64,000 nucleotides of DNA. It comes from an uncultured Nitrospiraceae bacterium (GTDB taxonomy: Bacteria; Nitrospirota; Thermodesulfovibrionia; Thermodesulfovibrionales; Dissulfurispiraceae). The stretch covers positions 960,001 through 1,024,000 of the forward strand of contig CAVPIW010000006.1 of the NCBI GenBank assembly GCA_963705105.1. The letters are read 5' to 3'. A program made the position numbers and the translations under genes. Below are positions 1 through 9,733 of this stretch, in pieces; position 1 is the stretch's first letter, and the number at the start of each line of letters is the position of its first letter. The notes under the pieces are model-generated. The model ran no database searches and had not been told where the DNA came from. It saw only the letters and a list, made by a program, of their open reading frames with translations.

Positions 1-880
1 ATTCCATGGTCACGCCATCAACGGTCAGAGTTTCAAAATCCTTCTCGATATAGCGTGTCGGTTCAATCAAACCCCCGTTGCCGGCAGCGGTATTCTTGCC
101 GATCGACTGATCAACGTGCCCGAACGGGCTGCGCGGCAACAGCACCCCGTACTGGAAGAACAGCCGCCGGTTCATCGCGTTGCCGGCATAGACGTTCTCG
201 GCGATCGCATGCTCCATGAAACCGACCGGGGCAATGATCGGCACTTTGCCGCTTTTCACGTCGGCTTCGCCCACCACGCCGCGCACGCCACCGTAGTGAT
301 CGGCATGGGAATGCGAGTAGACGACGGCGACCACCGGCCGCTTGCCGAGTTTCTCGTTGATGAATTCCAGCGCAGCCTTAGCAGTTTCCTTGGCGGTCAG
401 CGGGTCGAACACGATCCAGCCGGTATCGCTCTTGATAAAACTGATGTTGGCGAGGTCGTAACCCCGGACCTGATAAATTTTGCCCGGCACCACCTCATAC
501 AAACCGTAAGCCATGTTCAGGATGGCCTGACGCTGTAACGAAGGGTGGATGCTATCGAAGTCCTGGCCCTGCAACAGCCACTCGTAGCTGCCCATGTCCC
601 AGGCCACGTTGCCAGCCTCGGCCTTGATCTGCTTGTACGGTGGCGCGGCGATGAAGCCCTTCTTGGTTTCCTCGAAATCGCGCTTGTCCTCAAAGGGCAG
701 GCTCTTGCGTAGACCGTTCTGCAGTTCGACGGTGAACTTCGACGACATCTTGCCTTTGGGGTCGAAGTGCTTGCTCGGGTCAGCGGTAACGATCGCGCCT
801 CCGCCCGCCGCGAATGCGGACATCGAAATGCAGCAGGTTAATGTCATGCTGACAGCGGCTCTTTGTATGACGTTTTTCAT
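1..880 (-). CDS. Alkyl/aryl sulfatase, MBL-fold (SdsA1/YjcS-like); 3' end runs off the window
   Basis: My translation from ATG 880: signal-peptide-like MKNVIQRAAVSMTLTCCISMSAFA, then HPSLQRQAILN, IYQVRGYDLAN and the metal motif YSHSHADHYGG. Confidence 0.85.
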   Translation of the reverse strand, partial: MKNVIQRAAVSMTLTCCISMSAFAAGGGAIVTADPSKHFDPKGKMSSKFTVELQNGLRKSLPFEDKRDFEETKKGFIAAPPYKQIKAEAGNVAWDMGSYEWLLQGQDFDSIHPSLQRQAILNMAYGLYEVVPGKIYQVRGYDLANISFIKSDTGWIVFDPLTAKETAKAALEFINEKLGKRPVVAVVYSHSHADHYGGVRGVVGEADVKSGKVPIIAPVGFMEHAIAENVYAGNAMNRRLFFQYGVLLPRSPFGHVDQSIGKNTAAGNGGLIEPTRYIEKDFETLTVDGVTME

Positions 881-1119
881 GAATGGACTCCTTGGTTGAT
901 TAAAGCAGCTAACAATATATTGAATAGTTTCCTGATAATATCAGGAAACCCCTATCCTGTTAATGTGGCCTATAGTCTCAGTTGACATAGCTATCTACTA
1001 TTATACTTTAGTAGTTGTTCAATATACACAATGTGGCATTAGAAGCTAATCTGTTCAATACCGATACTCCCTGTTCCAGATAACATGCGGTGAGCACCGA
1101 CTACAGCAGGAAGTTGAAC

Positions 1120-1143
1120 GGGTCAGCCCTTGAATCTTGACAC
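1120..1143. repeat. 24-bp motif GGGTCAGCCCTTGAATCTTGACAC, candidate RAYT/Y1-element end
   Basis: 23/24 identical to the reverse complement of 35149-35172; a related copy lies at 5914-5937; overlaps the stop of the transposase remnant. Confidence 0.65.
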
Positions 1144-1623
1144 GTCAAGGGATCGAACATAATGACGCTTCGAGACAACGTCCCCAAGCTCTCCCTCCCT
1201 CTCTATGCTCTCAATTACACGCTCAACAAATTCATTGCTTCCCAGCATCGCCTGTCCCACCACTATCTTGGCAGGAAACCCGGGTGCTGATTCGATGCCC
1301 GCCTCGACAAACTGCCTGTATCTCCTTTGCGCCGCCCGATAGGTCGTCCCGTATTCCTGAAGGAGCCACTCCAGGGATAACCATCGCGGTTTTTCCTCCT
1401 TTGCCAGATAAAAGCGGTAACTGCTCCAGGGATAGTCCTCGGGTCGCTCCACTATTCCGGCCCGGACGGGGTTGAGGTGGATGTACCTGCTTAATTCAAG
1501 AAGGTAGCCCTTCTTCTCGACGCAGAGGGATTTATACCTCCCCGCAAAGACGTGCCCGATCCATTCCCTTTGTCTTCTCAGATGGTTGCCATAGCATATT
1601 ATCTGAAGAAGGCGATCCTCCAA
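1123..1623 (-). pseudogene. REP-associated tyrosine transposase (RAYT, Y1_Tnp) C-terminal remnant
   Basis: GHVFAGRYKS...ELSRYIHLNPVRAGIV...YPWSSY motif; the N-terminal HUH-containing half is not found upstream. Confidence 0.8.
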
Positions 1624-1897
1624 TCAGATTTGGTAATGCCAGATTCTTCCCGAAATCTGCAGATAAGACGCGGGGAGCGGGTCTACTCAGTTCAGCCACG
1701 AACATGGCGTTTGCGCCGTCAGGTTTGGATAAGGTGCAGTGGGCGAGAAAAGCGTGCACAGTTAGCGGCTCTGAGATGAACAGAGTGCCGAAGTTGTGAA
1801 ACCACTCTGGCATTTGTACGCAGGCTCACTAAAGATACATAGCCTCCTATCCGATACTTTAAAGATACGAATACATATGCAACGCCGAGGGTGCGTC

Positions 1898-2155
1898 ATG
1901 ATATTCCAGGGTACGAATGGTCACTCGCGAAGGACTGCAGCTTGGCTCTCGCTGCTGACACTGCTTGTCTTGACAGAGGCGCCTCATATCGAGGTTGCTC
2001 ACTCAGCGACCTTTGCGGTCAACAGCACTGCCGACGCCGTCGATACCAGCCCGGGTAATGGGATCTGCGCCACTGCCGGAGGCGTCTGCACCCTGCGTGC
2101 AGCAATTCAGGAGGCGAATACCTTCGCCGAAGGAGAGCGAGATGAAGACATGTGA
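1898..2155 (+). pseudogene. Truncated CSLREA-domain secreted protein
   Basis: Signal peptide, then ATFAVNSTADAVD...GVCTLRAAIQEAN; the frame ends at once, overlapping the tldD start. Confidence 0.7.
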
Positions 2156-3884
2156 GAACAAGAATGTTACAGTCTTATTCATATGCCTTATCGTCCCCCT
2201 CACTATTGCGGGGGCTCTTTCAACTATTTGTTTAGCCCACGCCGCAGGGACGCCTTCGGATCTGGCGCTAAAAGCTATGACTCAAGAGCTAAGCAGCTCA
2301 TTCGAGAATCTTAAGAAGACAGCGGCACCGCCGTATTTCCTTTCTTATGAATTGACCGATAATGATGCTATTCGTATCTCAAGTTCCTTCGGGGCACTGA
2401 CTGGAAGCGACGCGTATCGGACACGTGTGCTGGATATCGTTATACGGCTGGGCGACTATGCTCTGGACAATACCCATCCTTTGCGGGAAACTTCTCGATT
2501 TGCCGATTGTGAAAATCACTCGCAATCTTCCCGGATCCCGCTTGACAATGATCTGGATGCTCTACGCATGGCTATATGGTACGAGACGGACGTGAAGTAC
2601 AAGAAGGCGATCGAGTGTTTTGAGCAGGTCAAAGCCAACGTAGCCGTTAAGGTGGCGCAGGAAGATAGGTCCGGCGACTTTTCACGCGCGCCGACCGAGA
2701 AATATATCGAACCGGAAGTGAAACTCCGCTTTGATCGTGCTTTGTGGGAGCAAAAGATCCGGCAATATACTGAACCGTTCAGCAAACACGGTGCGATTAT
2801 GTATGCCAATGCAGAGATCACCGCCGAGATTGAGACGCGACGCCACGTCAACACTGACGGCACTGTGATTCAAATGTCGGGTCCACTGTATCACCTCACC
2901 ATTTATGCGTCGACAAAAGCTGATGACGGTATGGAACTACCCCTCCGAAAAACTTACATGTCATTCAAGCCGGAGAATCTGCCGGACGATAAGACTGTCC
3001 TTAGGGACGTTGAAAACATGATAAAGACGCTTTTGGCGCTGCGCAATGCGCCTCTGGCAGAGCCGTATACAGGTCCGGCTATTCTATCCGGAAGCGCAAG
3101 TGCGGTCTTTTTTCATGAAATTTTCGGGCACCGCATCGAAGGCCATCGCCAGAAGAATGAGGAAGAAGCACAAACGTTCAAAAAGAAGATCAATCAGGCA
3201 GTCTTGCCCGCTTTTTTGTCAGTGTATTCCGATCCGACTCAAAAGGAAATAAACGGAAAGGAATTAACAGGTTATTACGAGTATGATGACGAGGGAGTAA
3301 AGGCCAGGCGAGTAAATGTGGTTGAGGACGGGATTTTAAGGAATTTTCTGATGTCACGGTCTCCGATTGAGGGCTTCACGGAATCCAATGGACACGGCCG
3401 TAATCAGCAGGGCTATAAGGTTGTGGCACGACAGTCAAATCTGATAGTAGAGTCCAAGAAGGCAGTGAGTCGCGCAGAACTGAAGAAGATGCTTATTGAG
3501 CAGGTGAAAGCTTCAAATAAACCCTATGGACTGTTCTTTGACGAAATCGAAGGCGGCTACACTTCTACCCAGCGAAGCATACCCAATGCATTTACTGTTT
3601 TGCCGACGATTGTTTATCGGGTTTATCCTGATGGCCGAGAGGAACTTGTACGGGGGGTAGACATTATTGGAACGCCGTTGATAGCCTTGAGTAAGATCGT
3701 TGTTACCGACGACGAGGTCCGCATCTTCAATGGGATATGCGGTGCAGAGTCAGGTTGGGTTCCTGTTTCAGGTGTATCTCCCGGTCTTCTTGTTTCACAG
3801 ATAGAAGTGCAACGCAAAGAAAAATCTCAGGAGAAGATGCCCATCCTTCCGCCGCCTTCAATCGCTGATCGGGAAAGGAAATAA
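2142..3884 (+). CDS. tldD: TldD/PmbA-family metalloprotease, catalytic subunit, with signal peptide
   Basis: VFFHEIFGHRIEG (HExxxH), YDDEGV, SNGHGR and CGAESG motifs; AAGGAG RBS before ATG 2142. Confidence 0.85.
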   Translation: MKTCENKNVTVLFICLIVPLTIAGALSTICLAHAAGTPSDLALKAMTQELSSSFENLKKTAAPPYFLSYELTDNDAIRISSSFGALTGSDAYRTRVLDIVIRLGDYALDNTHPLRETSRFADCENHSQSSRIPLDNDLDALRMAIWYETDVKYKKAIECFEQVKANVAVKVAQEDRSGDFSRAPTEKYIEPEVKLRFDRALWEQKIRQYTEPFSKHGAIMYANAEITAEIETRRHVNTDGTVIQMSGPLYHLTIYASTKADDGMELPLRKTYMSFKPENLPDDKTVLRDVENMIKTLLALRNAPLAEPYTGPAILSGSASAVFFHEIFGHRIEGHRQKNEEEAQTFKKKINQAVLPAFLSVYSDPTQKEINGKELTGYYEYDDEGVKARRVNVVEDGILRNFLMSRSPIEGFTESNGHGRNQQGYKVVARQSNLIVESKKAVSRAELKKMLIEQVKASNKPYGLFFDEIEGGYTSTQRSIPNAFTVLPTIVYRVYPDGREELVRGVDIIGTPLIALSKIVVTDDEVRIFNGICGAESGWVPVSGVSPGLLVSQIEVQRKEKSQEKMPILPPPSIADRERK

Positions 3885-5707
3885 TGGAAATGAGCACTGA
3901 ACTGGTCAAACGCTTCTTAGTCTCACTCACTGTAGTTCACCTCCTCCTGATTTTGGTTATTCCTTTGAGGGCAGAGGGAGATATTCTCATAAGTGCCATG
4001 AGTAATGAAATGGCACGGACAGTGGAAGATCTTCATATGCATCAGGCTGAAAAGCCGTACTTCATCGCCTATCGTGCGCAAGACATGATCTCATCGACAT
4101 TTGCAGCGTCTCTCGGCAGTCTGACGATCAATTATTCAAGCAAGAAGAGAACACTCAATGTTGAACTGCGCGTTGGCGACTATTCTCTCGACAATAGCAA
4201 TTATTTTTCGAGTCGGTTTTCTCGATGGGGCGGAGAAACGAATAAAGGAATTATAACCGCGCCTCTGGATGACAACTACCTGGAATTGCGTCGCGGACTC
4301 TGGCTCGCGACAGACGCGCAATATAAAAAGGCAATCGAAGATTTCTCAGCCAAGCGAGCAACGCTCCAGGCACGCAGGCGGACTGATAATATAAAGGACT
4401 TCAGCAAAGAGACGCCTGCAAAGATAGAGGAAACTTGTGCAGACGTGACAGTCAATGTTGCTGAACTTGAGCAATTGGTGCGTGAGGTGTCTCTTCCCTT
4501 CAAGAAGGTGCCCGAAATAACAAGATCGTCAATTTACATTGAAGCCAAGAACACCTGTACGCGATTTTTGAACAGCGAAGGTTCTTTGTTCAAACGCTCC
4601 GAGCCTCAGTTTAGCGTAACGATTACTGCAGAGTCACAAGCTGCTGATGGACTTAGACTCCACGATTCAGTTAAGTTCTTCGGCCGCAGTTTTTCAGATT
4701 TACCTCAGAAGAAAGAATTGCTCGCACAAGTGCACGAGATCGGATTGCGACTGAATAAATTACGCGACGCGGCATACATTGAACGCTATAACGGCCCGGT
4801 GCTCTTTGAGGATACGGCCGGCGGCGAAATGTTTGCCCAGGCATTCGCTCCGAACCTGGTTAGCTCACGCATTCCTACCAGCGACGATCCCAGATTTGAA
4901 ATATTCTTTAATCAGATGATCGCCCAAATGGAGGGCGGGGAAAATTTTCAGGAGAAGATTGGCGGCAGGGTTTTCCCGGCTTTCGTGAATCTTGTGGACG
5001 ATCCACTTCTAAATGAATACAATGGCATGAAGCTCGTTGGGTCGTTCAGAATTGATGACGATGCAGTGCCTTGCCGAAAGACTAAACTCATCGAAAAGGG
5101 CATTTTAAAGACCTTGCTTGCGTCCAGGGTGCCCGTCAAATCCATCGAACAAAGTACAGGCAGCCGGCACGGTTTTGGACCAGCACCCACCAATCTTATT
5201 CTTACTGCAGATAAGGCGCTCACCAACGCAGAAATGCGACAGGAACTTCTTGAGCGTGTGAAGATGCTCAACCTGGATTATGGCATTGTTGTGAAACGCG
5301 TAGGCAATGGAGCCAACACATTCCTGCGCTCGCTTGCAATGATGGATGGGATGCCGCAGTCAGGACCGTCTAATGTATTATTGGAGGTGTATAAGGTTTT
5401 TCCTGATGGACACGAAGAACCAGTGAAAGGAATGGAACTTAAGGGTTTTACACCTGCGGCTTTCCGAACTATCGTCGCCGTAGGCAATAAACCGGTCGTC
5501 TATAATGAACAGTTTTTGCCGAAAATGACTTCAATGTTTTCCATGTCAATGAGCGGTACTTCTTCAGACTACTTGCCGGTCGTCTCTTATGTAATACCGT
5601 CACTGCTGTTTGAGGAAATCACCCTTACAAAAGCAGCCGGCCCCTTTCCTAGTCCTCCAATAGTAGAATCTCCATTAATCCGAGCTTCAAGCCAAAGCAC
5701 AAAATAA
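3884..5707 (+). CDS. TldE/PmbA-like non-catalytic partner, with signal peptide
   Basis: Paralogous layout (ELRVGDYSLDN, YNGPVLFE) without HExxxH; start overlaps the tldD stop. Confidence 0.75.
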   Translation: MEMSTELVKRFLVSLTVVHLLLILVIPLRAEGDILISAMSNEMARTVEDLHMHQAEKPYFIAYRAQDMISSTFAASLGSLTINYSSKKRTLNVELRVGDYSLDNSNYFSSRFSRWGGETNKGIITAPLDDNYLELRRGLWLATDAQYKKAIEDFSAKRATLQARRRTDNIKDFSKETPAKIEETCADVTVNVAELEQLVREVSLPFKKVPEITRSSIYIEAKNTCTRFLNSEGSLFKRSEPQFSVTITAESQAADGLRLHDSVKFFGRSFSDLPQKKELLAQVHEIGLRLNKLRDAAYIERYNGPVLFEDTAGGEMFAQAFAPNLVSSRIPTSDDPRFEIFFNQMIAQMEGGENFQEKIGGRVFPAFVNLVDDPLLNEYNGMKLVGSFRIDDDAVPCRKTKLIEKGILKTLLASRVPVKSIEQSTGSRHGFGPAPTNLILTADKALTNAEMRQELLERVKMLNLDYGIVVKRVGNGANTFLRSLAMMDGMPQSGPSNVLLEVYKVFPDGHEEPVKGMELKGFTPAAFRTIVAVGNKPVVYNEQFLPKMTSMFSMSMSGTSSDYLPVVSYVIPSLLFEEITLTKAAGPFPSPPIVESPLIRASSQSTK

Positions 5708-5913
5708 TGTAGTATCTTAGGGTGTTCAAGAAGATGCGTCAAGGGCGTCCTGTCTCCAGAGATGAATGCGGTCGCTCCTCATTGTATTCCCCGATCCATT
5801 TGCCTGTGCCATTCCTGCGGAGACAAACAGGGACAACCTTTTATTATGCTAGTTATACTCCTGCTAAACCTGGTCGCGAACAGGTCTGACTGAAACGATA
5901 GAGGGTTCTCCTT

Positions 5914-5937
5914 TGTCAAGAGTCAAGACCTGGCACC
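5914..5937. repeat. Variant of the RAYT-associated end motif (TGTCAAGAGTCAAGACCTGGCACC)
   Basis: Resembles TGTCAAG(A/G)TTCAAGGGCTGACCC at 1120-1143 (reverse complement) and 35149-35172. Confidence 0.45.
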
Positions 5938-5966
5938 TATTTCGCTCTCCTCACCTCCATTTACCA

Positions 5967-6776
5967 TTAGTGATGCAACCGTTTTTGAATCTTGGCAAGA
6001 GCCTCTTCTGCTTCATCTCGTACAACCTTCTCCTTATCTGTCAAAAGTGCTGTTAGAATAGGAATCGCTTGCTCATTACCTATTTCACCGAGCGAAAACG
6101 CCGACCACATGCGGACATAGTGGTCAGGATCACTTGAACTTGCAATTAAAGCATCCTGAGCCGATGGATCGTGGAGAAGGCCTATGGCATGCGCTGCGAC
6201 CGCTCGCACATTAGGATTCTTATGATGCAATGCGCTGAGAAAAGGTTCTTTCCCATGTTTCATGAGTTTTCGCGCAGCGGCCGTATGCACTCTTATATTA
6301 TTGTCTCCCATTAATTCTATTAATGTCGGCACATCATCGGGGAGCATTTTATCCTCCGACATATACGCGGTCCCAAAAGAAATAATAATAGCTACCAAAG
6401 GAAAAACCAAAAGCCGCGTATTAAATATTGAACTAACGGCATCGTGCGTCTTTTTCAAAGAGAGGATATAAACTGAGAGTGTTGTCGCTAGTGTCAAGCC
6501 GATCGAAAGCCACGGTCGCCCTGTAAGACCGGAGCTCAGGGCAACCGGAAAAGCAAGAGAAAAACAGAGGACCAGCATCTCAAAGACATTACCGCGGACT
6601 CTCCGTAGCATGAAAAGTGGCGACAGGAACAGCCCAAGCATACCGCCCATTACAGCTCCGATATATGGGCCGACAGGCGAATCAATTGCGAGTGCCATTG
6701 ACATTGAGGTACCCGCAATGTTGCCAAGCGCGACTCCGGCGACCAGGCAAAATAGGATTATGGTCAGCTTATTCAT
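5967..6776 (-). CDS. Membrane protein with C-terminal HEAT repeats; candidate Rhs immunity protein
   Basis: About 5 hydrophobic segments followed by HEAT repeats (VRAVAAHAIG, VRMWSAFSLG, VRDEAEEAL); directly downstream of the Rhs C-terminal domain. Confidence 0.75.
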   Translation of the reverse strand: MNKLTIILFCLVAGVALGNIAGTSMSMALAIDSPVGPYIGAVMGGMLGLFLSPLFMLRRVRGNVFEMLVLCFSLAFPVALSSGLTGRPWLSIGLTLATTLSVYILSLKKTHDAVSSIFNTRLLVFPLVAIIISFGTAYMSEDKMLPDDVPTLIELMGDNNIRVHTAAARKLMKHGKEPFLSALHHKNPNVRAVAAHAIGLLHDPSAQDALIASSSDPDHYVRMWSAFSLGEIGNEQAIPILTALLTDKEKVVRDEAEEALAKIQKRLHH

Positions 6777-6798
6777 TTACACTTCACCGTGCTGGACC

Positions 6799-7173
6799 TC
6801 AGTTCTTACACTCACATTTCTCCATCTGATACTTTCTACACTTAGCCTGGGAATCCCGCAGCCTATCTACTGGAGGCGGCCCACCAAGAACCGTTGCCAC
6901 TCCGTAGAAAAATGCGTGAGCCGCGTCTCCCCCGCAGCCCTCATTATATATCTTTCTGAGACAGCATCGAACAAGTCGCGACCAAATATCGTTCCCAGCG
7001 CACTCGCAAAAAACATTCGGCATTTGCGCCGGCATACTCGTAACAATAAGAGTACTCATCACACCTGAACTTGTGTTCGTGCAATCCTGGCCAACAAACC
7101 AACTCATAAGACCCTGGGGGTCAACGAACTTCAGCGGATTATTTGCCGCATAGACATAAAGATGATTCTTGCC
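6799..7173 (-). pseudogene. Orphan Rhs core end plus Cys-rich C-terminal toxin domain
   Basis: Frame reads GKNHLYVYAANNPLKFVDPQGL (DPxGL at 7108-7122), followed by a 102-aa tail with 9 Cys. Confidence 0.85.
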
Positions 7174-7177
7174 CTTC

Positions 7178-7292
7178 TGAGATTGTCCCCTTCGATCTTT
7201 CCACTAGGCTGACCGTTCAGGTGTATGTACTCCGTTGTGATCGTCCCGTCTGCCGCGGATTCCGCTATGAGCGTCGGTCGCTGCCGTAATGA
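7178..7292 (-). pseudogene. Rhs/YD-repeat core fragment
   Basis: [28 protein letters not shown] resembles Rhs core sequence; out of frame with the adjacent C-terminal module. Confidence 0.65.
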
Positions 7293-7299
7293 ATCGCCC

Positions 7300-7560
7300 T
7301 TGCCGCCAGCTCCTTCCCCGTGCCGCTCTCCCCCTGGATCAGGACCGGGTGCTTTTGATCCCCTTGAAGGTCTCGATACCGTCCATGCCGGGCAGGTTCT
7401 TGTCGATGAAGGCAAGGTCGAGCCCGGGGCTGCGCCTGACGATCTCCATGCCATCCTCTCCCGATGCAGCGGTCAGGACACCGTACTAGTCCCCGAGGGT
7501 CTCCCTGAAAAGTTCGAGGATGGTCCTCTCCTCGTCGATGATAAGAATCCGGCTCTTCAT
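7300..7560 (-). pseudogene. Response-regulator receiver remnant
   Basis: [40 protein letters not shown]...[14 protein letters not shown] with an in-frame TAG at 7486-7488 and a degraded 3' end. Confidence 0.75.
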
Positions 7561-7582
7561 GACGCGTCCCGGCAGTCCTCCC

Positions 7583-9019
7583 TCACTGTTTCGTCATCAA
7601 GAACAACTCCAGGGGAATAATCAAAAAACCGTCCTCTCTTTCAAGCGTGTTCTTCGAAACGAGGATACCCTTTTTGAATCCGAGCTTTTTCATCAGTTTG
7701 AAGTCGGCAAGTCCTGCATCCTTCTGGTATTTCACTTCGACGGGCAGCAACTGACCGTCCCTTTTTATGATGAAATCGATCTCTCCCCCGTTTTTCCAGA
7801 AATGGACATTGGAGCTCATCCAGTCATACCGGTCGTACCTGTCAAACAGTTCGTTCGCCACGACCATCTCTGCAAGCCGGGCCTTGAGGTCCGTCCCGGC
7901 AAGAGCCTTCGTGATTGTATTCGGGTACACCAGCCATTTGTCGATCCAGCCCCGGAGGGTCCAGAAGATGAAAGGATCGAGGAAGTATGCCTTTTTCAGC
8001 TTCTTGATCCTCGGCCGCATGGTATGGATATCTATCTGATAGAGCGTTTTCAGGACAAAGAAATCCTCCATCTCTTCCATGTATTCCGAGACCGTGCGGT
8101 GTGAGGCCACATCCGTCTTCTTTGCGACGGTCTCCCATCCGAAGGCGCTGACGGAGATGCGCATGAGCGCATCGATGATCTGCCTCGCCGTGCGCTCGCT
8201 CCTTCCCGCCCGCGCTATGTCGCCCCTGAACCACTGCTGGTAAAGCTCGTATACGTCAAACCCTATCTCCTGCTTCGAGAAGTATTCGTTGATCGCCCTC
8301 ATGATACCGCCGGTAAGGAGGTACTGATCGAAAAGAACGGACAGCTCCCCGAGCTGCGGCATCAGGGAAACCAAGAGACTCATGTCCTTTTCGTCAGGGG
8401 AGAATATATCTATGTCGTTGGTGATCTTTTGCGCAAGGACGGGATGCACAAGGCCGGTGAATTGCCTGAATTTCAGCGGCAGGAGCAGGCGGTCAGGATT
8501 CTGTATCGCACCCCTTCTGCCCGGAAGCCGCTCGATGCCTTTTCTCAGGTCTGAGGCGTTCGAGCCTGTGAGAACCATACCCGCCTGGGAGAGCCGCCCG
8601 AGGTCTGCAAGGTGCTTGATCCCCCGCTGCCAGTCCCTGACCGATGTGATCTCGTCAAGAAAGATGTATAGCCTCTCTTTCCCGAGATTGAGCTTGCCTG
8701 TATGGGAGAGGTACGTTTCAAGAAGCTCGACGAGTTCCTTGCCGTCATCGATCGTATCGCAGCTGAAGTACATGACCTGTTCTTTCCGGACGTCCTCTCT
8801 TCTGAGCAGGTCTTTGATGAGTATCTTGAGGGCCGTGGTTTTGCCCACCTGTCTCGGCCCCCGTAATGTGTAGACCGAAAACTCGTCGAGCCGGAATTCG
8901 TCTATGACCTCAGGCCTCCAATGGAACTTCCGGGTGGCGAGTTCGGCTATTCTGGGGTCTTGTTCAATAAGCCCCTTGTCCTGCCACCATATGTTCTGAT
9001 TAAAAATCTTCTCAATCAT
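7583..9019 (-). CDS. AAA_14 ATPase with DUF4143 and a C-terminal PD-(D/E)xK-like tail
   Basis: GPRQVGKTT Walker A, IFLDEI Walker B, LTGS, KAYFLDP and EIDFI...PVEVK. Confidence 0.85.
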   Translation of the reverse strand: MIEKIFNQNIWWQDKGLIEQDPRIAELATRKFHWRPEVIDEFRLDEFSVYTLRGPRQVGKTTALKILIKDLLRREDVRKEQVMYFSCDTIDDGKELVELLETYLSHTGKLNLGKERLYIFLDEITSVRDWQRGIKHLADLGRLSQAGMVLTGSNASDLRKGIERLPGRRGAIQNPDRLLLPLKFRQFTGLVHPVLAQKITNDIDIFSPDEKDMSLLVSLMPQLGELSVLFDQYLLTGGIMRAINEYFSKQEIGFDVYELYQQWFRGDIARAGRSERTARQIIDALMRISVSAFGWETVAKKTDVASHRTVSEYMEEMEDFFVLKTLYQIDIHTMRPRIKKLKKAYFLDPFIFWTLRGWIDKWLVYPNTITKALAGTDLKARLAEMVVANELFDRYDRYDWMSSNVHFWKNGGEIDFIIKRDGQLLPVEVKYQKDAGLADFKLMKKLGFKKGILVSKNTLEREDGFLIIPLELFLMTKQ

Positions 9020-9082
9020 GAGAACAATAATACCATATTATTCTTAAATATGATATCTGAAATATCCACTTTTGGGTAATGA

Positions 9083-9216
9083 GTGGTTCGTGCACAAGAC
9101 CAGCCGCCACTTCGGCGAAGGATGAGAGGCGGGCGGTTGCCGGACTCGAGGGGATGCGAATCTCTTGTCGCTGATGATTTGGGGAAACTTGGCTCTTGCC
9201 GGCACGGGCACCTTTT
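9083..9216 (+). ncRNA. Candidate structured RNA (long rod-like hairpin with internal bulge), family unassigned
   Basis: GTGGTTCGTGC pairs with GCACGGGCAC via G-U on the + strand; CAAGACCA pairs with TGGCTCTTG; followed by TTTT; intergenic between divergent genes. Confidence 0.4.
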
Positions 9217-9346
9217 ACGTACTCTCGGAAGAAGTCCGGGAAGAATCTCGTACACTCACGCTGTCTGTATTGACAAAGCTTGACAAAGCATGGAAACTAT
9301 GATCAGAATTTAAGCCGCAGCGCAACATAACACAGAGGAGGGTGCA

Positions 9347-9733
9347 ATGAATCCTGAGGACCTCAAATACCACAGGGAGCACACGTGGGTGAAAGTGTCA
9401 GGGCGCAGGGCGACGATCGGCATCACGGATTATGCTCAGGACGCTCTCGGCGATATCGTCTATATTGACCTCCCCGATACGGATAGCCACGTGGCCGTGA
9501 ATACCGAGCTCGGAGAGATCGAATCCACGAAAGCCACGTCTGCGATCATTGCGCCCGTGAGCGGGACGATCGTCGACATCAATGAAAAACTGAGCGACTC
9601 CCCGGAGATCATCAATGAAGACCCCTTCGGAAACGGCTGGATAGTCGTTATCGACATGGAAGACGCGACGGAACTGGATGAGCTCATGGACGCCGACGAG
9701 TACGAGCGCTATATCGAGGAAGAGTCCAAGTGA
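9347..9733 (+). CDS. gcvH: Glycine cleavage system H protein
   Basis: IGITDYAQDALGDIVY and the lipoyl motif EIESTKA. Confidence 0.95.
   Translation: MNPEDLKYHREHTWVKVSGRRATIGITDYAQDALGDIVYIDLPDTDSHVAVNTELGEIESTKATSAIIAPVSGTIVDINEKLSDSPEIINEDPFGNGWIVVIDMEDATELDELMDADEYERYIEEESK

Noticed and set aside
7486..7488. Pyrrolysine or readthrough at the in-frame TAG of the receiver gene
   Set aside because: The gene is also truncated and fused to Rhs debris, so decay is the simpler explanation.
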